This document shows positions 41,026-52,934 of a DNA stretch of 64,000 nt, in pieces; position 1 is the first letter of the stretch, and every line of letters starts with the position of its first letter. The stretch is from Octopus sinensis (Eukaryota), in contig NC_043013.1 of NCBI RefSeq assembly GCF_006345805.1, positions 16,678,001-16,742,000 on the forward strand, given 5' to 3'. Made by a program: the position numbers and the translations under genes. Under the pieces are notes generated by a model. The model was given only the letters and a program-made list of their open reading frames with translations. It had not been told where the DNA came from and made no database searches.

Positions 41026-42766
41026 TATTTTTTATATATATACTAGCAGTATCGCCCGGCGTTGCTCGGGTTTGTAAGGGAAATAATTATATAAGCATTT
41101 TTAGAGATGTAAAGTATAATAGCCATCTCAATATGGCTAACCACAAAGGGGGAGGGGTGTTACTGTAGCTTTTTACGTTCTGAGATTTAATAATAAATTT
41201 AGAGAGTTACTTCCCTTATATATGTCAAAAATGGATTAAAAATGGGAAAAATTGATGGTAAATTTTTTTTTAAATCGTAGACTCATCGTAGACGCGCGCT
41301 AATACCCAGACGGTCTCGATATGAATCACGACTATAAGATACCCGGTTTTGGTTAAACTGCACCGCAAAATGTGGGAGTAGTTAGGAATCTAAATCGTAG
41401 GAGACAGACACACAACCTCACTTTTATATATAAAGATTTCCTCTATTTACATAATATTGAGGTCTCTTTCTTTCTTTTGTTATCTTACTGTTTTTACCAA
41501 TATACATATATATATATATATATATATAAATATATATATAGTTACAGAGATGTACTTGCATAGCAAGTGACTTGATCTGAGATCGTGTGCTGGAACGAAA
41601 ACAGTTGCAGCGTTGAAGGTGTTTATAAGCCATTTAAGAAACACACAAAAACCGTTAGATTCACTTCAACATTTAAATTTAATTTGTCAAAATATTTTCG
41701 TCGCTTTGAGACCGCGACCTGTTAGCACAATATTTTTGTCAGTGAACAGGTCGCGGTCTCAAAGCGACGAAAATATTTTGGCAAATTAAATTTAAATGTT
41801 GAAGTGAATGTAACGGTTTTTGTGTGTTTCTTAAATGGCTTAGAAACACCTTCCAGGCTGCAATATATATATACACACATATATATATATGTATGTATGT
41901 ATGTATGTGTGTATATGTGTATGCATGTATGTGTGTGTGTGTGCGTGTCTGTGCTTGTGATTGTCCTCCACCACTGCTTGACAACGAATGTTGGTTTGTT
42001 TACATCCCTGTCACCTAGTGGTTTGACAAAGGAAACAGATAGAATAAGTACAATGCTTACAAAAATAAAACTGGAGTTGATTCATTAAACTACAATTCTT
42101 CAAGGCATTGCCCCAGCATGGCCACAGACCAATGGCTGGAAAAAGCAGAAGAATAAAAGAATACATTCTCTGCTTTGGTCTTATGTTCAAGACATGAGAA
42201 AGCTTGAGTTTACATGAGAAGGCCTAACAGACCTGGTAGAAACAGCAGCCAAATCTCCCTCAAATCACACCTTACTGTATTATGTATGTATATATATATG
42301 AGCCAATGAGGGGGACCTCTACATGGTAGCTAGACCTGGTAGAAATAGCAGCCAAATTTCCCCCAAATCACACCTTACTGTCTTATCTATGTATATATGT
42401 ATGTATGAGCCTATGAGGGAGACCCCTACATGGCAGCTAGACCTGGTAGAAATAGCAGCCAAATTTCCCCCAAATCACACCTACTGTCTTATCTATGTAT
42501 ATATGTATGTATGAGCCTATGAGGGAGACCCCTACATGGCAGCTAGACCTGGTAGAAATAGCAGCCAAATTTCCCCCAAATCACACCTTACTGTCTTATC
42601 TATGTATATATGTATGTATGAGCCTATGAGGGAGACCCCTACATGGCAGCTAGACATGGTAGAAATAGCAGCCAAATCTCCCTCAAATCACACCTTACTG
42701 TCTTATCTTTCTGCTACTTGGATATAGGTGTTATATTTGTAGTAAAAAACTTTCCTGTCACACACT

Positions 42767-42804
<38 letters not shown>

Positions 42805-45387
42805 CACACACACACACACACGCGCACACACACCCACTCACACACACGCACGTTAGCTTACAATTTTATTTATATATTTGCGTGTCAATGTGTTGAAAGA
42901 GGAAGTGGGAGGCTGAGTGAAAGAATCACTCACTACAGTAAGTCAATTACTTTCATTTTATTCGTTGCCCACTGTGTGTGTGCGTTTGCGTGTGCTGTAA
43001 ACCAGACTAAGAAAAGCATTTGACACACACACCAGAATGTGAGTTTTCTGTAAATTTTGCTTAATTGGAGTTTAAATTTTAAAAACTGGACCTGGCATGA
43101 CGCGATGCATTGTACTCTTAAAAATGCAAGGTAAATTGTAATTGAAGAAATCCTATATTGTAGATTTGTATAACTCCCAAAGGGAGGCAGATAAAATCTG
43201 CCTTTTATAATAAGAGATATCTCTTATTATAAAAGGCAGATTTTATCTGCCTCCCTTTGGGAGTTATACAAATCTACAATATAGGATTTCTTCAATTACA
43301 ATTTACCTAGCAGTTTTAAGAGTACAATGCATCGCGTCATGCCAGGTCCAGTTTTTAAAATTTAAACTCCAATTAAGCAAAATTTACAGAAAACTCACAT
43401 TCTGGTGTGTGTGTCAAATGCTTTTCTTAGTCTGGTTTACAGCACACGCAAACGCACACACACAGTGGGCAACGAATAAAATGAAAGTAATTGACTTACT
43501 GTAGTGAGTGATTCTTTCACTCTGCCTCCCACTTCCTCTTTCAACACATAGACACGCAAATATATAAATAAAATTGTAAGCTACCGTGCGTGTGTGTGAG
43601 TGGGTGTGTGTGGGTGTGCGCATGTGTGTGTGTGTGTGTGACGGTGCGTGTGTGTGTGTGTGTGTGTGTGCGTGAGTGTGTGACAGGAAAGTTTTTTACG
43701 ACGAATATAACACCTATATCCAAGTAGCAGAAAGATAAGACAGTAAGGTGTGATTTGAGGGAGATTTGGCTGCTATTTCTACCATGTCTAGCTGCCATGT
43801 AGGGGTCTCCCTCATAGGCTCATACATACATATATACATAGATAAGACAGTAAGGTGTGATTTGGGGGAAATTTGGCTGCTATTTCTACCAGGTCTAGCT
43901 GCCATGTAGGGGTCTCCCTCATAGGCTCATACATACGTATATACATAGATAAGACAGTAAGGTGTGATTTGGGGGAAATTTGGCTGCTATTTCTACCAGG
44001 TCTAGCTGCCATGTAGGGGTCTCCCTCATAGGCTCATACATACATATATACATAGATAAGACAGTAAGGTGTGATTTGGGGGAAATTTGGCTGCTATTTC
44101 TACCAGGTCTAGCTACCATGTAGAGGTCCCCCTCATTGGCTCATATATATATACATACATAATACAGTAAGGTGTGATTTGAGGGAGATTTGGCTGCTGT
44201 TTCTACCAGGTCTGTTAGGCCTTCTCATGTAAACTCAAGCTTTCTCATGTCTTGAACATAAGACCAAAGCAGAGAATGTATTCTTTTATTCTTCTGCTTT
44301 TTCCAGCCATTGGTCTGTGGCCATGCTGGGGCAATGCCTTGAAGAATTGTAGTTTAATGAATCAACTCCAGTTTTTTTTTGTAAGCATTGTACTTATTCT
44401 ATCTGTTTCCTTTGTCAAACCACTAGGTGACAGGGATGTAAACAAACCAACATTCGTTGTCAAGCAGTGGTGGAGGACAATCACAAGCACAGACATGCAC
44501 ACACATACATGCATACACATATACACACATACATACATACATACATATATATATGTGTGTATATATATATTGCAGCCTGGAAGGTGTTTCTAAGCCATTT
44601 AAGAAACACACAAAAACCGTTACATTCACTTCAACATTTAAATTTAATTTGCCAAAATATTTTCGTCGCTTTGAGACCGCGACCTGTTCACTGACAAAAA
44701 TATTGTGCTAACAGGTCGCGGTCTCAAAGCGACGAAAATATTTTGACAAATTAAATTTAAATGTTGAAGTGAATCTAACGGTTTTTGTGTGTTTCTTAAA
44801 TGGCTTATAAACACCTTCAACGCTGCAACTGTTTTCGTTCCAGCACACGATCTCAGATCAAGTCACTTGCTATGCAAGTACATCTCTGTAACTATATATA
44901 ATTTATATATATATATATATATATGTATATTGGTAAAAACAGTAAGATAACAAAAGAAAGAAAGAGACCTCAATATTATGTAAATAGAGGAAATCTTTAT
45001 ATATAAAAGTGAGGTTGTGTGTCTGTCTCCTACGATTTAGATTCCTAACTACTCCCACATTTTGCGGTGCAGTTTAACCAAAACCGGGTATCTTATAGTC
45101 GTGATTCATATCGAGACCGTCTGGGTATTAGCGCGCGTCTACGATGAGTCTACGATTTAAAAAAAAATTTACCATCAATTTTTCCCATTTTTAATCCATT
45201 TTTGACATATATAAGGGAAGTAACTCTCTAAAATTTATTATTAAATCTCAGAACGTAAAAAGCTACAGTAACACCCCTCCCCCTTTGTGGTTAGCCATAT
45301 TGAGATGGCTATTATACTTTACATCTCTAAAAATGCTTATATAATTATTTCCCTTACAAACCCGAGCAACGCCGGGCGATACTGCTA

Positions 45388-45422
<35 letters not shown>

Positions 45423-48400
45423 TATAGCTGTGTGATAAGAAGCTTGCTTCCCAACCACATGCTTCTGGATTCAGTCCCACTGCATGGAACCTTAAGTAAG
45501 TGTCTTCTACTATAGTGTCAGGCTGACCAAATCCTTGTGAGTGGATTTAGTTGATGGAAACTGAAAGAAGCCCATTGTGTATCTCTATATATATAAATGG
45601 CAAAATGTCTGTCTGTGTGTGTGTCCTTTATACAAATCCACAATTTTTCAGTTAGAGGGCTCGCTCTTTCTATAGTCATTCAAAACCGTCCAAGGGTGGT
45701 CGTGCACATCTTTTACATTTCCCCAGTCATTAAAAGCCATTAAAAAATCAATAGAAGTGACATTTTTGTGAATTTTCTATCCAAAACCCAATCAAAATGC
45801 CCAGAACTTGATACGCCAATTGAATGCCAGCTAGCTGTATGTGATTGGTCGGAGATTTGGACAGTACTCGTGTTTATGTGCGCTCGCACGCAGCTGTATA
45901 TGCATGCACTAGCACTATGACCCGGCATTGTCAGGTCATAGTACTAGTATATATGTATATAGCATCAATACTAACGAGACTAAACAACAATAACAACAAC
46001 CACAAATATTCTAAACTTAAAGACCCAAAGCAATGAATTATAATAGATGTCTCTTATTTTCCCTAAGAATATTTTCTTTAACATTTTATGATTTAGTTAT
46101 TTATATTTTTTTTCTTTTTGTGTGTGTACATGTATGTTTTTTGTTGTTGTTTCAGTTGGCTGGCACGGACAGATCCTGCTGATGTGGCCCGTGTAGAGAG
46201 ACGTACTGTGATAGCAACAGAAGCCCAAAGAGACACAATACCAATTCCTAAAACTGGAGTCAAAGGTCAGCTTGGTTACTGGATGGATCTGGAAGACATG
46301 GACACCGAACTCAACATGAGATTCCCAGGATGTATGCGAGGTACCTTGCCAAATTTGTATTTGAGATTGAAGTATGCTTCCCGATCACATGGTTTCGGGT
46401 TCAGTCCCACTGTGTGGCACCTTGGGCCACACTACTTCTGCTATAGCCTGAGATTGAACAAAGTCTTGGGAATGGATTTAGCAGATGGAAACTGAAAGAA
46501 GCCTCTATATGTACAGGATTTCATGCATTGTGAGCAATAAAGCAATAAGACGGTCTTACAATGCCAGATTAAATCAAAAGAGATCCGTCGCTACCAGGCA
46601 TCTTTTCTGAAGCTCAGCATTTAAAAATCGATCATAATTTTTTTAATAATGGCTCTACAGTCACCAAAAATACAATGATGTCTATTACTGAGGTGGACAG
46701 TGTTCTGTTTGCGGTAGTGTTCTACACATCTCTCCCAATGATATTTTTTTTATCTGTGATTTCATCTCCAGTGAGGCTGGCTTGCTTCAAACTGGCTCAG
46801 ATCCTTTTGATGTCTTTTGTACATACTCCTGAAATTCCCTCTTGTAGTGACTATCTGAATACTCTCTGTAAGCTGTACCCTATATTCTTTGGCACAGTTC
46901 CTGACAGTTTGTCTTAAAATTTAGTATAATTTTATAATTTTTGCTCAATTTGAGAGGAAGGGCAAGTCACTTACATTGACCCTAGTACTTGGTACTTTAT
47001 TTTATCAACTTTGAAAGGATGAAAGGCAAAGTTTACCTTGGTGGAATTTGAATGCAGAACATTATGTCAGAACTACCACTAAGCATTTCGTCCAACACTC
47101 AAACAATTCTGCTTTTGCACCATATTTTAATTTGTTTTAAAATTAGTATCAAATCAAAACAATCCCAAATGTTATTTGTTTAAAAAATTTTTTTTTTATT
47201 TCCTCTTAATTCCAAACTGATTTCCATTGACTTCTTTCAGGTCGTACCATGTACGTAATCCCATTCAGCATGGGTGCAGTAGGTGGACCATTATCTAAAA
47301 TTGGAATTGAACTCACAGATTCAGCCTATGTCGTAGCCAGCATGCGCATCATGACCAGAATGGGCCAGGCAGCCCTCGATGCATTAGGAACAGGCAGTTT
47401 TGTCAAATGTTTACATTCCGTCGGTCAACCACTTCCAGGTAAGAAATACTTAAATTTTGCTTCTCTGCAACCATCCTACCATCTTATTGACCACAATAAA
47501 ACACATCCCATTCTAAACTGGTGAATAATTAATGAGGAACACCATATTTCATTATTAAACGATAATATTCTACAAAGTATATTAAACTCTTTATAGTCAA
47601 TACTGTGTTCTACTGTGTTAGCAGTGCTATTAAATAACTTGTTATGGTTGTCTCTATAGATTTTCTATAGAAATTATAGCCAGCACTGATTTGTTATGAT
47701 ATTTTGTATGGATTGGATGTGGTGCTGATGAAGGAGCAAGAATTCCTGAAATATGGCTTATACACCCATTACCCATTTTTATCATCTTTGATCTCGTCTA
47801 CTTTAGGTATACTCAGACACAAAACATTGTAACAAATGGGTGCTGGCTATAATTTCTATAGAAAATCTATAGAAATAACTGCAAGAAGTAAACTTGTGAC
47901 TGCAATGTGTCCACCTTAAATTGTCTACCATCTAAATAAATTTCATTTAATGACCCTTAAACTGATCATCATGTGACACAACCCTGTAATGTAGCTCTGC
48001 CCATCAGATTACTTCTTGATGTGGCATCTTCCTCTCTGCCTAAACTGACCACCTGTAATATGATCGCTTGCCCCTTGACAAACCACCTTGTGATGTGAGT
48101 AGTTTCCCACTCAGACCACTTTATGATGTGACCTTCCCTTCTTTGCTAAACTGACCACTATGTAATGTGACCCCCTAAACTAATTGTCACCTCCCTATTT
48201 GTAACCCTTCAACTGAGCACAACTATAAACTGTTCAGCACTCAATCCTTTATGTTTTTTTTTTTATCTTTCAGCTAGCACACCGTCCCATTGGCCTTGTA
48301 ACCCCAAACTGACCTTAATTGCCCATATCCCAGACAGAAATGAAATTTGTTCATTTGGAAGTGGCTATGGAGGAAATTCCTTACTGGGCAAGAAATGTTT

Positions 48401-51400
48401 CGCCCTTCGACTTGGCTCCATTATGGCCAGTCGCGAAGGTTGGTTAGCAGAACACATGTTGGTAAGTAAGCCTCCCTCACATCAATTCGTTTTATGATGG
48501 AGGAATTTACACATTTGCTAGAAATAGCAGTCAGATCTCCTCCAAATTACATTATCTCCAAATTATCATTTGGAGAATGTGAATACAATAACCCTGCAAA
48601 TAATAGAGGATAGTTGTGGCTTGTATGTGTGTATGTGTTTCTATGGTTTGTATGCATAACACACACAGGGGTTGTAAATAGTTTATTAGAACTTTTCCAA
48701 TCAATTATTTTCCTAGCAATCAATTAATTTTAACTGGGATACAGGCCAATCAGTTATTGCAATTAATTGTCAAATATTTTGCCGAACATAAAAACCCCAT
48801 ATATTTTGGAGTGTTAGCTTCAGTTTAGATAAGAGTCAAAATGATCGGAAAATAAAAGGCGCGTCTTATAGTTTCAAAAATCTTTATTATCAGAAGACAT
48901 TCAAAGTTTAATTTCATTGATTTAGAATAGGGAACAAACAGCATGTATACTCTACATTGTACAGTAGTTGAAAAACAAATAAACTGAAGGTCTTTAATTG
49001 AAAGAGTTTCTCAAACGAGTAGCACAATTAAAATGTTCTAATATAGCAAAAGGTCAGGAATGACTGCAGATTTCTGAAACTAGGTCTGCATCCCAGAAAG
49101 CGTGATTGACTTTTAATTTAGAAATAATTGCATTTCTAATAATTTAGAAATAATTGCATTTCTAAATTTATTGGTATTAAGTATTTCTGAAAATCATTAA
49201 AAACGTAACCTGCTGAGCTGAAGAAATGTTCCAAGATGTTGGACATTGGTAACAAAAATTTACAGTTCAGATATTGTGGAGGTGAAATTTTATCTTTTTT
49301 GTACTTTTACAAACAAATTGAAGCAAAATCATCATCTTCTACAGGTAAACCAGACTGTTGTAATGAGAAGTTGTAAAGTGAAATATCATAGCTGCCGATC
49401 ACCACGCAGGAAATTTTTCTCTCTCCCTCTGTCAGTCTGCCTCTAGTAGTCTGCTAGGATGGTGATGATGATGATCAAAGCATGCATGTGTTGCTCTGTG
49501 TATGTGTTTGCAATGTCTATTAAACTTTTTGCATTGCTTTTTTTTTTTGTTTATAATTTAAATTTTTTTATGTGTAATGTGTTTTTTTTAATTATTTTTT
49601 ATTCTTCTTTCTCTTCAGATTTTAGGAATTGAAAATCCAAAAGGAGAGAAAAGATATGTAGCAGCAGCCTTTCCAAGTGCTTGTGGCAAAACTAATTTAG
49701 CAATGATGAACCCCACATTACCTGGTTATAAAATCACCTGTGTTGGTGATGATATAGCCTGGATGAAATTTGACAGTGAAGGGAAACTTAGAGCTATTAA
49801 TCCAGAGGCAGGATTTTTCGGAGTTGCTCCAGGTTAAATTTCCAGCTTTTTTGTTCCTTTTACTTGATACTTCAAAATATTTCATTTGCTGTTCTTCAGA
49901 CTCAGCAGACCTGTATGATCAAAGATTTCTGTTGTGATCATCCTGTTCTTATACATTATGTAGTTCTTTCTTGATTTTGCTGTGATCAAGGCACATTCCT
50001 CTTATGGTGGTCTCACAGAGGAACACTTCCTCTCCCATGTTTTTTATAGACTGGTTACTGAGCAAGACAAGCTTTCCAATGCTAGTGCCATGAAAAATAC
50101 ACTCAGTACACACTGTAATATGGTTGCCCAATGAGCAGAGAAAGTGTAGGGTTGCAAGTTTCCTTGAATGCTGGTGCCCTGACAAAATTTTCCCCCGGTA
50201 CATCTGTAAAATGACTGGTGATTGAAAGGCACCCAGCAGTAGAAACCAAACCAAATGACACAAACAAGTACCAATCTTTTGGAGCAGCTAATAAGAAATG
50301 ACTCAGGCTGTGATGGAAATCATCATGAAAGCAGACATAGGATGATGATGATGACAACGATGACAAAGTTATCTAAGGATTGTCATTTTTAAAAATTTGA
50401 TTGGGTATAATTTGAGTGAAGTTTGACTGCTATTTCTAGCAAGTTATGTGATGAGTTAGAGGTATTCCAGATTCTTTGAACCCTCTTTTCATCATCATCA
50501 CCATCATCGTTTAACGGCCGTTTTCCATGCTGGCATGGGTTGGATGGTTTGACCGGGGTCTGGGAAGCCAGGAGGCTGCACCAGGCCCAGTCTGATCTGG
50601 CAGTGTTTCTACAGCTGAATGCTCTTCCTAACGCCAGCCACTCCGTGAGTGTAGTGGGTGCTTTTTACGTGCCACTGGCACAGGGGCCAGAGGGAGCTGG
50701 CAACGGCCACAATCGGCTGGTGCTTTTTACGTGCCACCGGCACAGACGCCAGTCAAGGTGGCGCTGGAATCGACCACGTACGGATGGTGCTTTTTACGTG
50801 CCTTTTTATTTGATCAAAATAATTCATCATTTATGTTTGCTCATTTATGTGGCTCAGTGGTTACAGTGTTGTTCAACTCGTGATTGCAAGATAATGGTTA
50901 TGCTTGCCAGACTAGCTGTGCATTGTGTTCTTGAGCAAGACATTTCATTTTCCCACTGCTCCAGTCCACTAAGCTCTAAATGGATAACCTTGCAACAAAT
51001 TGGCATGCAAGGGCGAGATGGTGACTCAGAGAAATCACCCAAATGGAGGTCTCATGAGCCCCTTTTTGTATTCAGCAATTGTAAGGATGTATAATACAGC
51101 CCACACAGTGAATCCCAACTGGATGGGATTGCTTGTTCAACCATGTGAAAGGTTGAGGTTTATTTCTGTATATTTGTTCTTCTTGTACTTCTACATCACG
51201 TCTACCTCATTTTGCGCCCAAACTCTCTACGTGTACTTCACTAATCGCTACATCACATGTATCTCTTCACTCCCTCTATCTCTCTACATCAAAAAGAATT
51301 CCTACTGTACTCTTGTCACCCCTATCTCTCTACATGTAGCTCATTATCCACCCTTGCTACATCACATGCTCCACATATACTTCCTCACTCTCTATCTACA

Positions 51401-52901
51401 TTACATCTATGTATACCTCATCACTACCCTATCTCTCTACAACACATGTATCACATATAGCCCTCACTCCCTCTATCTCTGTACCACATGTGGTACAAGT
51501 ATCTCAGCTCTCTGTATCTTTTAAACCACATGTATTTCTCCCTCTACATGTATCCCTCACCACCCTCACTCTATACCACATGTATCACTCACCCCCATTG
51601 CTCTATGACACATGTATCCCTAACCTCACCCCCAGTGCCCTATACCACATGTATACCCTCATGACCCCACCCTATACCATGTGTATCCCTCACCCTCATT
51701 GCCCTATACCACAAATATCCCTCGCTCCACTCACCCTATACCACATGTGTCCCTCACTCCCTTTATCTTTCCAAACCACATGCATTCCTCACTCCCTCTG
51801 TCTCTGTAAACTACATGCACTACATGTGCTTCATGTCTATCTCTCAGGTACGTCCTACAAAACCAACCCTAATGCCATGAAGACTATTGAGAAGAACACC
51901 ATTTTCACCAATGTGGCATCAACCAGTGATGGAGGATTCTTCTGGGAAGGACTGGAAGAGGAAATGCCAAAAGACGTGCAGATATCATCGTGGCTTGGCA
52001 TCAAAGACTGGACTCCTGAAAGTGGGAGGACAGCTGCTCACCCAAATTCCAGGTGAGAAAAAATGCTTGAAATATTTTATTGTTGTTGTTGTTGCTTAAC
52101 CCTAGGTCAGCCCTGATTGAGCAAAACTGCAGGTCAATCTTCACCACTTGGAGGACTGTTTTAACATTTCTGCTGTGGACAGTTAAGGTGTGTGCTGTAT
52201 CTTTGTAGGCAACTGGTGAAAGTAACCAATATGTTTGTATCTTAGAACTCCTCAGTAAAGCATATTTACTGTTGGCTCAACAGACTTGCCTTTATTCTCT
52301 AAATATTTGGACCAGCCCAGTTTGTAGGAGTTACCTCCCTTACTAGCTGTCTTTCTATTTGAACATCCCTCCCTTAAAAGGGGATTTTCGTTTTCAAATT
52401 GCAAGGATAATCTTAAATTTAAGCTTTTCTTTTTTTTTCACTTTTTATATTACATATGTGAGAGACTTCTGTACATACATTTTAGATGTATGTATGTGTG
52501 CGTATATATATATTATTATTCTACTTGTTTCAGTCATTTGACTGTTGCCATGCTGGAGCACCGCCTTTAGTCGAACAAATTGACCCCAGGACTTATTCTC
52601 TGTAAACCTAGTACTTATTCTATCGGTATCTCTTACTGAACCATTAAGTTACAGGAACGTAAACACAGCAACATCAGTTGTCAAGCGATGGTGGGGATAC
52701 AAACACAGACACACAAACATATACTTATATATATATATAGATGATAGGCTTCTTTCAGTTTCCATCTACCAAATCCACTCACAAGGCTTTGGTCAGCCCA
52801 AGGCTATAGTAGAAGACACTTGCCCAAGGTGCCACGCAGTGGGACTGAACTCAGAACCATGTGGTTGGGAAGTAAACTTCTTACTACAGTCACTCCTGTG
52901 C

Positions 52902-52934
<33 letters not shown>

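Larger units (their letters stand above)
41043..43217 (-). mobile_element. Composite Helitron, left arm of the 4.35-kb palindrome
   Basis: The minus strand begins A|TCTCTTATTATAAAAGGCAG at 43217 and ends with hairpin plus CTAG|T at 41043; it is the reverse complement of 43220-45388. Confidence 0.8.

Noticed and set aside
42228-44212. 107-bp array as a CRISPR-like array or a repeated small-peptide gene ([11 protein letters not shown]..)
   Set aside because: Units are nearly identical throughout with no unique spacers, the context is eukaryotic with no cas genes, and the ORFs arise from the tandem repeat.
50540-51524. 184-aa and 174-aa ORFs inside a PEPCK intron
   Set aside because: Composed of repeat family C, a SINE relic and minisatellite sequence, with no recognisable domain.
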